From Planctomycetota bacterium (GTDB lineage: Bacteria; Planctomycetota; GCA-002687715; DRQF01), in the NCBI GenBank assembly GCA_027001995.1, contig JALTLO010000133.1, positions 76,316-112,901 of the forward strand: a stretch of DNA of 36,586 nucleotides, given 5' to 3'. Below the pieces are notes generated by a model that did no database searches, was not told the origin of the DNA, and saw only the letters and a list, made by a program, of their open reading frames with translations. The translations under genes were made by a program, and so were the position numbers. Below are positions 9,548-18,802 of this stretch, piece by piece; the stretch's first letter is position 1; the number at the start of each line of letters is the position of its first letter.

Positions 9548-10713
9548 CGGAGGGCCAGTCAAAAACCAAGTCTATCGCTTTCTTCGTCTTGAAAATCGGC
9601 CTTCTTTGTGTCGCTTTCTTGTTCGTCAGCAAACAAGTCTCATGGCTTGATCGTGTGGTTCTGAAAGACGGGACGATCTTGGAAGGTTTGATTACCTCTG
9701 GCTTTGATTCTCCCGACGCCACCCTGACCATCGAACCCCAAGGCAAAGAGGAGGTCGCTATTCCTCCGGAAAGCATCGATACCCGAAGCTTCGGGATAAA
9801 AACAACATTCGGGAAACTCAGCCCATCCAATTATGCCCTAGGAATGCTCTTAATCTTCTGCATGTATTGTTTGGGAGTGGCTCGCTGGCGAGCCCTCCTG
9901 GAAGCTCAAGGTATACGGGCTAGTTATGGGCGAGCTTTCCGGTTGACCTTTGTTGGTTTCTTCTGGAACAACTTGATGCCAGGGATGACTGGTGGTGACG
10001 TGCCCAAAGCTGTCCTTATTGCCAAGGATTCCCCTGGAAGGCGCTCGGAAGCGGTCTCTACCGTGATCGTCGACCGGGTAATTGGCTTGGCCGCTTTGGC
10101 AGGTCTGTCAGCCCTGGCAATCTTGTCAAATTTCTCGACTTTCAAAGAGCAGGGTTACGTCGTATTTGGCGTCCTTGGACTTTGTGGTTTGCTCTTCATA
10201 TGCTTCTTCAGCAAACGGGTGCGGCGTCGACTACACATCAGCGACATACTCAATCGCCTGCCTCTCAATGGCATTCTCAAGAAGCTTGATTCTGCTTTTC
10301 AAGGTTATCGCAATAGTCCCAAGACCCTCTTATTTGCTGTGGGGATCTCTGTGGCAGCCCATATTTGTAACATCACATCCGTCTTTGTCTTCGGTCAGGA
10401 TCTGGGAATCGATGTGCCACTCTTGACTTACTTTGCCACAGTCCCCATCATTTTTATTGCATCCTCCATACCTCTGTTTCCTGGAGGATGGGGCGTGCGA
10501 GAATACGCCTTTATTGCTGTTTTCACCGCAGTTGGCACCGATGCGGCTTACAAAAGTAATCTCGTGATCTTGAGCGTCATCATAGGATTGTCGATGATGG
10601 CTTGGAGCCTTCTCGGGGGCGTGTTCCTCTTCATGGGGCGAAAAGATGGAGAGATCCCGACGGATCTCGATGAAAATTCTTGGCCTGAAGACCAAGAAGA
10701 AGTTCTTAGCTAA
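9544..10713 (+). CDS. Lysylphosphatidylglycerol synthase TM / flippase-like membrane protein (UPF0104)
   Basis: RWRALL, GFFWNNLMPGMTGGD, VDRVIG and PGGWGVRE motifs with multiple TM helices; GTGA overlap with DUF366. Confidence 0.88.
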   Translation: MTEGQSKTKSIAFFVLKIGLLCVAFLFVSKQVSWLDRVVLKDGTILEGLITSGFDSPDATLTIEPQGKEEVAIPPESIDTRSFGIKTTFGKLSPSNYALGMLLIFCMYCLGVARWRALLEAQGIRASYGRAFRLTFVGFFWNNLMPGMTGGDVPKAVLIAKDSPGRRSEAVSTVIVDRVIGLAALAGLSALAILSNFSTFKEQGYVVFGVLGLCGLLFICFFSKRVRRRLHISDILNRLPLNGILKKLDSAFQGYRNSPKTLLFAVGISVAAHICNITSVFVFGQDLGIDVPLLTYFATVPIIFIASSIPLFPGGWGVREYAFIAVFTAVGTDAAYKSNLVILSVIIGLSMMAWSLLGGVFLFMGRKDGEIPTDLDENSWPEDQEEVLS

Positions 10714-10940
10714 GATTGGACGCGGTGTACTTTGGTATTCTGGCGACCAGAAGAGTGTGCTGCACTTGTTGGACGTCAACCTGCTGAAAAATCCTTGGGT
10801 TGTCCCGATTCATCCCCGGAGAAGGGGGAAACCCGAACAAGCACCTTGAATGTTTTCTTTGGGAAGCAAGAAAGTAAAGTTATTCTCGGCTGGCTACGTC
10901 GTCCTGCAAGTATCGTTAGAATTAAGAAAAGAGAATGGAT

Positions 10941-11849
10941 ATGACTCTCCTCGTTGTTGGTTCCATAGCGCTCGACTCCGTGAGTACTCCTTTTGGCGAT
11001 CGCGCTAACATCTTAGGAGGAGCAGCTTCCTACTTTTCTGTTGGAGCCTCACTGTTCACCCCTGTGCGTTTGGCCGGTGTTATTGGTGAAGACTTTCCAG
11101 ATGAACACTTAGAGCTTTTTCGTAGTCGTAACATCGACTTAGAAGGTCTGCGGAAAATTGAAGGCGGCAAGACTTTCCGTTGGTCGGGAAAATACGTCGA
11201 CCGTATGGATGTCGCCGAAACCCTTGATACCCAACTCAATGTCCTGGGCGAATGCAAACCAGAATTGCCCGATTCATTTCGAGATTCAGAGTTCGTACTT
11301 TTGGCCAACGATCATCCAGCCAACCAATTGAGTGTCACAGAGCAGTTGACTTCGCCCCGATTCGTCATGATGGACACGATGAACCTCTGGATTGATAACT
11401 TCAGAGACGATGTCTTGCGTGTTCTCAAAGCTGTTGATGCCTTAGTCTGCAATGATGAGGAAGCACGGGCCTTGGGCGAAAATGCCAATCTGATTGTGGC
11501 CATGAGGAATATCAGTGCCATGGGGCCGAGCACCGTTCTTATCAAGAAAGGTGAGCACGGTGCCATTGTCCTTCACGACGACAAGTTTTTTGCGCTCCCA
11601 GCTTACCCCTTGGAGGAAGTGAAAGACCCCACTGGGGCCGGGGACACCTTTGCATCAGGCGCCATGGGATTCTTAGCCAGAGAAGGAAACACAGATTTTA
11701 CTTCGATCAAACGGGCTATGTCCTATGGAACAGTGGTGGCATCCTATAACGTTGAAGATTTTGGACTCGACCGCCTGCGAGACCTGAGTTGGGATGACAT
11801 TGAAAAAAGGCATCAAGAGTATCGGCTGTTTTTGGATGTGAACGCCTAA
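10941..11849 (+). CDS. PfkB family carbohydrate/nucleoside kinase
   Basis: VVGSIALD, GGAA, NDEEA, KKGEHG and DPTGAGDTF signature. Start is at 10941 or 10935. Confidence 0.93.
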   Translation: MTLLVVGSIALDSVSTPFGDRANILGGAASYFSVGASLFTPVRLAGVIGEDFPDEHLELFRSRNIDLEGLRKIEGGKTFRWSGKYVDRMDVAETLDTQLNVLGECKPELPDSFRDSEFVLLANDHPANQLSVTEQLTSPRFVMMDTMNLWIDNFRDDVLRVLKAVDALVCNDEEARALGENANLIVAMRNISAMGPSTVLIKKGEHGAIVLHDDKFFALPAYPLEEVKDPTGAGDTFASGAMGFLAREGNTDFTSIKRAMSYGTVVASYNVEDFGLDRLRDLSWDDIEKRHQEYRLFLDVNA

Positions 11850-12436
11850 TGGGCAAACATGATCTTCGCTGTTTCGTTGCCATTGAGTTGCCTAACAACT
11901 TGCGCAAGAGACTCGCTCGAGAAATAGGTTTCCTCCAGTTGGCTGGGGCTTCAGTGAAGTGGACGATTAGTGAGAATCTACATCTCACTGTTCGCTTCAT
12001 TGGTGACGTTCACCCTGAAGACATGATGGACGTGCAAAGTGCAGTTGCCGAAGCCATGGAGGGAGTGCCACGGACACGGATCACTGTGAGAGGCATGAAG
12101 ACACTCCCAGAAAATAAGGCGACTCCTCGGATTATCGTCGCCGGAGTTGAGGGCAATTTGGACCCCCTCAAACTGCTTTACAACAATCTTCAGCAGGCAT
12201 TGGGGCAAGTCGGAATTCGTCCAGAGCGCAAGGGCTATCGTCCCCACATAACAATCGGACGTGTTCGCGGTGACCGGGAGTTAGACGAACTTAGAGCGAA
12301 AATTGTCGAGAGCAACCGCAACGAGTTTGGCCAATTCGATGTTAAACAAATCCATCTCATGATGAGCGACATGACGGAGAACGGCCCAGTTTATTCCCCG
12401 ATGCAGTCGTTTCATCTCAAAAAGAACCTGGCTTAA
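11849..12436 (+). CDS. thpR: RNA 2',3'-cyclic phosphodiesterase (2H family)
   Basis: Two HxT motifs (LHLTVRF, PHITIGR), RCFVAI N-terminus and GPVY C-terminal motif; TAATG overlap. Confidence 0.9.
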   Translation: MGKHDLRCFVAIELPNNLRKRLAREIGFLQLAGASVKWTISENLHLTVRFIGDVHPEDMMDVQSAVAEAMEGVPRTRITVRGMKTLPENKATPRIIVAGVEGNLDPLKLLYNNLQQALGQVGIRPERKGYRPHITIGRVRGDRELDELRAKIVESNRNEFGQFDVKQIHLMMSDMTENGPVYSPMQSFHLKKNLA

Positions 12437-12457
12437 AGAAAATCTTGCACACTTGCG

Positions 12458-12479
12458 TTTGGGTTTCGCCTAACCCAAA
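12458..12479. terminator. Hairpin between convergent thpR and pgi
   Basis: TTTGGGTT-N6-AACCCAAA inverted repeat. Confidence 0.5.
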
Positions 12480-12518
12480 GAAGCGCGATCCCGCGGCCGA
12501 TCTCAGGAAACATTCCGA

Positions 12519-14156
12519 CTATGCGCGCCAACTCTTGAACTGATTGATAAGTCCATTGGTTGAGCCATCGTGACCATCAACGGCTTCGTCCCCCCGAAGC
12601 TCCGGGAGAATGGCCTTCGCCAGTTGCTTACCCAATTCGACTCCCCATTGGTCAAATGAGTTGATTCCCCAAATTGCCCCTTGGACGAAAACCTTATGTT
12701 CGTAGAGCGCAATCAAAGATCCAAGGGTGGTGGGGGTGAGTCGTCGATAGAGAATACTATTGCTGGGGCGGTTGCCGGGGAAAACCTTGTGTGGCAAAAG
12801 TGCCGCCACCTCCTCAGACTCCAAGCCCGAGGCTTCGAGCTCTGCCTGGACTTCCGCCTCATTCTTGCCATTCATCAATGCCTCCGTTTGGGCAAAGAAA
12901 TTCGACATTAAAATGAGATGATGATCTCCATTCGGGTTCTGGCTTTTGGCAGGCCCGAGGAAGTCGCAAGGAACAAGGCGGGTTCCTTGGTGAATGAGCT
13001 GGTAGAAAGCATGCTGGCCATTGGTACCTGGTTCTCCCCAAACTAATGGTCCAGTAGCAAAGTCAACTGCTGTTCCACCCTTGGTGACACTTTTGCCATT
13101 GCTTTCCATGTCCAGTTGTTGCAAATAGGCAGGGAATCGATGAAGATACTGGTCATAAGGCAAAACGGCGTGGCTCTCCGCTTCAAAGAAATCGGCATAC
13201 CAAACACCCATCATCCCCAAGATCACGGGCATGTTCTCCCTAAGAGGTGCTTCTCGAAAATGTTGATCCATCTGGTGGGCTCCAGAGAGAACCTCTAAGA
13301 ACCTTTCCATGCCAATACCCAGAATCAATGGCAAGCCAATGGCGCTCCAGATGGAGTAGCGGCCACCAACCCAGTCCCAAAAACCAAAAACATTCTTCTT
13401 GTCGATACCGAAGGACTCGGCAGCCTTCAAGTTGGTAGAGACCGCAACGAAATGATTGGCCACCGCTTCTTGAGGCAATCCTTGGGCCAAGAACCAAGCC
13501 TTTGCACTGGCGGCATTGGTCATTGTTTCCTGAGTGGTAAACGTCTTGGACGCAATAATGAAGAGTGTCGTTTCTCCATCCAGTCCCTTCAATGTTTCAG
13601 TGATGTGAGTTCCATCAACGTTCGAAACAAAGTGGCAGCGAGGGCCGTCCGCGTAAGGCTTCAGGGCTTCATAAGCCATGACGCCTCCCAGGTCTGAGCC
13701 GCCGATACCTATATTCACCACATCGGTTATGGTTTTCTTCGAAAATCCACTCTTGTTCCCGCTCCGAATCTCATCTGAAAAGACCCTCAGTTGTGACAAG
13801 ACATCTTGAATTCCGGGAACCACATCCACGCCGTCCACCAGAACAGATTCGGCGCCACCATTGCGCAAAGCCGTATGGAGAACGGCCCGTCCTTCCGTCG
13901 AATTGATCTTTTCCCCACGAAACATCTGGTCACGAAGTTCTTCCAGGCCTTGTGACTTCGCCAAGTCCATCAAGGCATTCATTGTCTCTGTGCGCACTAT
14001 GTTCTTGGAGTAGTCCAGAAAAAGCCCACAGGACTCAAGAGAGAATGTCTCGAAACGACTTGGGTCTTGGTGAAAAAGACCCCGCATATTTGTGGCTGTC
14101 AAGAGCTCATGTTCTGCTTTCAACTTCTTCCAAGGTTGAGTCTGAGTCAACTTCAT
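12519..14156 (-). CDS. pgi: Glucose-6-phosphate isomerase
   Basis: [42 protein letters not shown] and [10 protein letters not shown]. Confidence 0.98.
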   Translation of the reverse strand: MKLTQTQPWKKLKAEHELLTATNMRGLFHQDPSRFETFSLESCGLFLDYSKNIVRTETMNALMDLAKSQGLEELRDQMFRGEKINSTEGRAVLHTALRNGGAESVLVDGVDVVPGIQDVLSQLRVFSDEIRSGNKSGFSKKTITDVVNIGIGGSDLGGVMAYEALKPYADGPRCHFVSNVDGTHITETLKGLDGETTLFIIASKTFTTQETMTNAASAKAWFLAQGLPQEAVANHFVAVSTNLKAAESFGIDKKNVFGFWDWVGGRYSIWSAIGLPLILGIGMERFLEVLSGAHQMDQHFREAPLRENMPVILGMMGVWYADFFEAESHAVLPYDQYLHRFPAYLQQLDMESNGKSVTKGGTAVDFATGPLVWGEPGTNGQHAFYQLIHQGTRLVPCDFLGPAKSQNPNGDHHLILMSNFFAQTEALMNGKNEAEVQAELEASGLESEEVAALLPHKVFPGNRPSNSILYRRLTPTTLGSLIALYEHKVFVQGAIWGINSFDQWGVELGKQLAKAILPELRGDEAVDGHDGSTNGLINQFKSWRA

Positions 14157-15679
14157 GCCTCTTCACCTTTGCTTGTGGAAACTTCGAGTATTGTTTCACC
14201 TTCAGAAACAGCCACCACGGCTGAACCGCAGGTATCAGAGAAAACATTCGTTACAGTTCGCAACATGTCCAAGGGACGGTCCACCGCAAGTAGCAGGGCC
14301 GCGCCTTCAACCGGAAGTTTCAATGCAGCCAAGATGGTGACCATCATAATGAGTCCTGCAGAGGGAATTCCTGCTGCTCCAATCGACGCTAGAAGTGCCA
14401 TGACAACCACTTGTAGTTGGTCGCTAAGACTCAAGACAAAACCCTGAGCGTCAGCGTAATACTGCGCCAAGAAAATAACGCCTATGCACTCGTAAAGAGC
14501 TGTACCATCCATGTTGATAGTGGCGCCAAGTGGTTGGACAAAAGAAACAACCTTATTGGAAACACCTCCTCGTTTTTCAACAGTCTCCATGGTCACAGGA
14601 AGTGTCATTGAGGAGGAAGAAGTTGAGAACGCAGTGATGAGAGCCGGAGCCACAGCTTTCATCCAATGGAGTGGGTTAATCTTGGCGAAGAATTTCAGAA
14701 CCAGGGGAAGGGTGACGCAGCAGTGTATTGCTAAGGCCGCAAAAACTGTGAACATGTAGAGCCCTAAGGGTTTGAACACTGCGAAACCAGTTTGTCCGAC
14801 AACCTTGACCAAAAGACAAAAGACGCCATAGGGGATGAGCTTCAGAACACCTGCCGCCAATTTCATCATCACCTGAAACGAGGCTTCAAAGGATGACGTC
14901 ATGGTCCCTCGATGAGGTTCATTCGTCTTCAAGATGAAGTAGCCGAAAAGAAGCGAGAAGAAGATCACTTGCAACATGGATGCATTAGCACCAAAAGCAG
15001 CAAAGACATTCTCTGGGACCATGCGAATGAGCACTTCAATGAAAGAGGCGTCAGAAGCTTGGGCAAACTTATCGCTCGCCGCCAAACCCAGGGCAGCCCC
15101 ATCGCCTGGGCGAATCAAATTCACCAAGATGAGTCCCGTTACGATCGCGACCATACTTGTGGCGACATAGTAGAGAAACGTCTTCGATCCAAGTCGCTTG
15201 AGATCAGCACCACTCCCTAAGCCAACAACCCCAGAAATAATCGAGGTCAAAATCATAGGAACAATAAGCATCTTCAAGAGTCGCAGGAAAATGTTGGCCA
15301 GAAAGATGAAAGGCTGCAGAAGCATGGCACGTTGAGATTTCTCATCCAACTTGAGCGCTGCTTGACTGAGAGACCCTGCCGCTGACTCATACCAAATAAT
15401 CGAGCCGATATCGCAGGACTTAAGGGCCTTGTCATAGGAAGCGAGATCAGAAAATCCCAGGCGTTCTTCGTTCTTGCGGCCTTTGTCTTTGATGATGGCC
15501 ACGACTCGACTTCCAACTCCCACTTCGCTCTTGGGGGGTGCTGTCCTAACTTCTACATGCCCATCCACTTCTTTCAGAGCAAAAGGACTCGCAGGCGCGC
15601 CCTCGGCCCAAAATTGGAGAGCTCCGCCGATGACCAAGCCGCCGATGAGCCAGACAATGATCTTCCAATGATCTTTCAC
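14153..15679 (-). CDS. Dicarboxylate/amino acid:cation symporter (DAACS, GltP/GltPh-like), probably for Asp/Glu
   Basis: [24 protein letters not shown] and [13 protein letters not shown] motifs. GTG start with RBS AGGAG; ATGA overlap with pgi. Confidence 0.92.
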   Translation of the reverse strand: MKDHWKIIVWLIGGLVIGGALQFWAEGAPASPFALKEVDGHVEVRTAPPKSEVGVGSRVVAIIKDKGRKNEERLGFSDLASYDKALKSCDIGSIIWYESAAGSLSQAALKLDEKSQRAMLLQPFIFLANIFLRLLKMLIVPMILTSIISGVVGLGSGADLKRLGSKTFLYYVATSMVAIVTGLILVNLIRPGDGAALGLAASDKFAQASDASFIEVLIRMVPENVFAAFGANASMLQVIFFSLLFGYFILKTNEPHRGTMTSSFEASFQVMMKLAAGVLKLIPYGVFCLLVKVVGQTGFAVFKPLGLYMFTVFAALAIHCCVTLPLVLKFFAKINPLHWMKAVAPALITAFSTSSSSMTLPVTMETVEKRGGVSNKVVSFVQPLGATINMDGTALYECIGVIFLAQYYADAQGFVLSLSDQLQVVVMALLASIGAAGIPSAGLIMMVTILAALKLPVEGAALLLAVDRPLDMLRTVTNVFSDTCGSAVVAVSEGETILEVSTSKGEEA

Positions 15680-15844
15680 AAGGACACTCCTAACCCGAAG
15701 GTTTCATCTTCTTGAGACCCCGGAGATGGGGCAAAGCACCTGAGCAGTTCCGTTGACTTTGGAACGTGAACAGAGGCTGGAGTTTACCCGTAAATGAGGA
15801 AAATGGGAAATCTCAGCAACACCGGAGTATAGGGATACCAACAG

Positions 15845-16708
15845 TTAGGAAGAAGCGAAGCGACGGCGCCTGGTAAAGAAACCAGAAGGGAGGCGACGAT
15901 GGCCTTCATCTTGAGGAACGGTCATTTCTCCACCGTCAAATTCTTCGAATTTGTCGCCGAAATGATCATCAGCCAGTTGCTTCAAGGCCAGAGGTGTATA
16001 ACCAGGGGAATGGCAAGAAAGCAGTAAAAAGTCGAGTTGAGAAAAAGACAGCTTCCTCAGTCCAGAAAGAAGAGGGCCGAGATTGTTGTCAATCGTCCAC
16101 ACTTCATTCTTCTTTCCTCGACCGAAAGTGGGAGGATCAAGAATAAGGCCGTCGTAGTGGCGTTCCCGCCTCACTTCACGGGCAACGAATGCGCTGCAAT
16201 CATCGACCATCCAGCGAACGGGTGCTCCATCCAGGTCATTGACAGTGGCGTTCTTCCGGGCCCAATCGACCACGCCCTTGGCGGCGTCCACGTGGGTCAC
16301 TTTTGCTCCAGCTCGAGCTGCTGCCAAGGTAGATCCCCCGGTATAGGCAAACAGATTGAGAACTTCCGGCGGTCTATTCTCACGGGCTATGAAAGCGGTC
16401 ACGGCTTCGGCGATCCAATGCCACTGCTCTTCCTGTTCAGCAAAAAGCCCAACATGCCCAAAAGGAGTGGGCTTGACGACCATCTTGTTCACCCCGAGAT
16501 GGACTTCCCAACTGGCCGGTGGTTGTTTCTTCCATTCCCAATGACCGCCCCCTTTATCGCTGCGATGGTGGACCCCTTGAGATCGCCCCCAAGCCTTCCG
16601 ATCAAGAAGAGGAGACCAGATGGCCGTTGGCGCTTGTCGCTCTACGATGACATCACCAAGTTGTTCCAATTTTCGGCCGTGGCCACTGTCTAAGAGACGG
16701 TACCTCAT
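15845..16708 (-). CDS. Class I SAM-dependent methyltransferase (RlmI/RlmK-like catalytic domain, no PUA domain)
   Basis: YRLLDSGxGRKLE, HVGLFAEQ, LNLFAYTGG and ILDPPTF motifs. Confidence 0.88.
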   Translation of the reverse strand: MRYRLLDSGHGRKLEQLGDVIVERQAPTAIWSPLLDRKAWGRSQGVHHRSDKGGGHWEWKKQPPASWEVHLGVNKMVVKPTPFGHVGLFAEQEEQWHWIAEAVTAFIARENRPPEVLNLFAYTGGSTLAAARAGAKVTHVDAAKGVVDWARKNATVNDLDGAPVRWMVDDCSAFVAREVRRERHYDGLILDPPTFGRGKKNEVWTIDNNLGPLLSGLRKLSFSQLDFLLLSCHSPGYTPLALKQLADDHFGDKFEEFDGGEMTVPQDEGHRRLPSGFFTRRRRFASS

Positions 16709-17844
16709 GAGTCCTTCCTACGCTCCTTAGGGCTTTCAGCCAAAAGATTCAGGCGATAACGTTTGTAGGCTTTGAATCTCTTGCTCTCGATGGCTTCCCG
16801 AATCTCGCGCATCAAATCTTCATAGAAATGAACATTGTGAATGGATGCCAAAGTGTGAAAAATCGCTTCTCCGGCATAGAAAAGATGACGCAGAACACTG
16901 CGAGAATAATGATGGCAAGTGTAGCAATTGCACTTCGTATCGATAGGAAACTTGTCCTTGCGAAATTTCTTGTCGCCGATTCGAATCTTTCCGGTTCGAG
17001 CGAAGAGTGTTCCGCCCCGGCCGTAGCGAGTTGGAATGACACAGTCGAACATGTCAACGCCACATTCAACGGCTTCCAAAATGTCTTCTGGAGTTCCCAC
17101 CCCCATGAGATAGCGCGGGAGATTTTTTGGCAAAAGAGGGGCGGTGATGGCTGTCACTTCTCGCATCAAGTCACTGCCTTCACCCACACTCACACCGCCG
17201 ATAGCGAAACCATCGAAATCAAGGGAGGCGATCTGGCTGGCGCTGATCTCCCTCAATCGAGGATAGGTGCCACCCTGAACAATACCGAAGAGAAACTGAT
17301 GATCAGCGAGAGCGACAGAAAGACAACGTTCTGCCCAGCGTGATGTTCGTTCCAATGACTTGGAGACATAAGTCTCTTTTGCCGGATACTCGACGCATTC
17401 GTCAAAGGCCATGACGATGTCAGCGCCTAAGTCCTTCTGGATGTTCATAGATGTTTCAGGATCCAAGAACAAATGCTTACCGGTCTTCTCGTCAATGAAT
17501 GAAACTCCATCTTCATCAATTCGTTTATTTGGAATGGAAAAAACCTGAAATCCGCCGGAATCTGTCAAGATTGTTTTGGGCCAAGCCATAAACTTGTGGA
17601 GGCCCCCTGTACGTTTGACCAACTCCCGGCGCCCATCATAGGACAGATGATAAGTATTGGCTAAGACCACTTCAGCGTTGGTCGCCAAGACCTGATCCGG
17701 CGTCATGGATTTGACAGCACCCTGTGTCCCCACAGGCATAAAAGTAGGACACTCCACCGTGCCGTGCGTCGTCGTGAAACGACTTCGGCGGGCACCTGTT
17801 GGGTCCGTCTTGATCAATTCGAATTGAATGTCTTTTCTGGTCAT
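16705..17844 (-). CDS. tgt: tRNA-guanine transglycosylase (queuosine)
   Basis: FMPVGT, LANTYHL, TDSGGFQ, FDEC, GIVQGG, YLMGVG, DMFDCV and the Zn site CNCYTC...H. Confidence 0.97.
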   Translation of the reverse strand: MTRKDIQFELIKTDPTGARRSRFTTTHGTVECPTFMPVGTQGAVKSMTPDQVLATNAEVVLANTYHLSYDGRRELVKRTGGLHKFMAWPKTILTDSGGFQVFSIPNKRIDEDGVSFIDEKTGKHLFLDPETSMNIQKDLGADIVMAFDECVEYPAKETYVSKSLERTSRWAERCLSVALADHQFLFGIVQGGTYPRLREISASQIASLDFDGFAIGGVSVGEGSDLMREVTAITAPLLPKNLPRYLMGVGTPEDILEAVECGVDMFDCVIPTRYGRGGTLFARTGKIRIGDKKFRKDKFPIDTKCNCYTCHHYSRSVLRHLFYAGEAIFHTLASIHNVHFYEDLMREIREAIESKRFKAYKRYRLNLLAESPKERRKDS

Positions 17845-18554
17845 TTTTTCTTTCGAACTTTTTGCTTGGCTTTCGCGTTTTTGCTTTTCTTCTTCGGCCC
17901 TAAGGTGGCCAAAAATTCTTCGAAATCAGGAGGGCGCCTGGAGCGAATCCTCAGATGATGATCCAAATGGGGTGGCTGCAACTTCAAAGACGTTGCGTGA
18001 AGAAGAACCCTCTTGTGCTTGAGACCAGCGGTGCGGCCAATAGCAAATTTTCTTTCGCCCACAATGGGTTTGCCGATGTGAGCGAGATGCAAACGAATTT
18101 GATTGTGCCGTCCCGTTTCGGGATAGAGCCTCAACAGACTGCAATCTTTGTATTCCTCGATCACCTCATAACGGGTGACGGCTTTTTCACCATCAGCACG
18201 AATACATGCGGAAGCGCCCAAGTCACGAATCGGAAAATCAAGAACACCCCGAGGCGTGCGCATGTGGCCTAGGCAAAGAGCCTCATAAGTCTTGGTCACA
18301 GCCTTGTATTTGAATAGCCCCATCAATTCATCTTTGGTCTTCAAGTTCTTGGCAAACAGAACGAGTCCAGAGGTCTCATAATCCAATCGATGGACGGCAA
18401 AAACATGATGCCCTTCACTGAGAAGGTGGCCCAAAAGGGGCTTTCCCTTGTTTTCAGCTTTCCCAGCGGGTGCCGGTGTTGTGAGCATCCGTGGTGGCTT
18501 TTCCGCAAACAAGAGGTACTTGTCTTGATGATGAATGTGAATGGACGGAGCCAT
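17841..18554 (-). CDS. RluA family pseudouridine synthase
   Basis: KP motif, VHRLDYETSG catalytic Asp, TGRHNQIRLHL and LHA. Start taken at ATG 18554 because the ORF-track extension to 18782 is non-homologous. Confidence 0.92.
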   Translation of the reverse strand: MAPSIHIHHQDKYLLFAEKPPRMLTTPAPAGKAENKGKPLLGHLLSEGHHVFAVHRLDYETSGLVLFAKNLKTKDELMGLFKYKAVTKTYEALCLGHMRTPRGVLDFPIRDLGASACIRADGEKAVTRYEVIEEYKDCSLLRLYPETGRHNQIRLHLAHIGKPIVGERKFAIGRTAGLKHKRVLLHATSLKLQPPHLDHHLRIRSRRPPDFEEFLATLGPKKKSKNAKAKQKVRKKK

Positions 18555-18802
18555 GAGAATCCTAGGGCAATGCGAGACTTCAAGAAAATGCAACCACCAT
18601 GTCCGTCGCTTCGAACAGGCCTGCGACATCCTAACATTCTCACTCCAGGGTCGAAATCCCGATCCCCCGGGTGGTAGGCTGCAAAAGTCGCAACACCTTA
18701 AATCGGCTAAGGATGACCCTCTTTTGCTCTGAAATGGGAGCACCCCAAGAAGCGTATGGCTTGTGGTAGACTCTTCCCTCAACGAATTAGGAGAATCAGA
18801 CG

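Noticed and set aside
15680..15844. Possible amino-acid riboswitch upstream of the DAACS transporter (contains CTCAGG on the minus strand)
   Set aside because: The other conserved glycine-riboswitch elements (GGAGA, CCGAAG in the right order) are missing.
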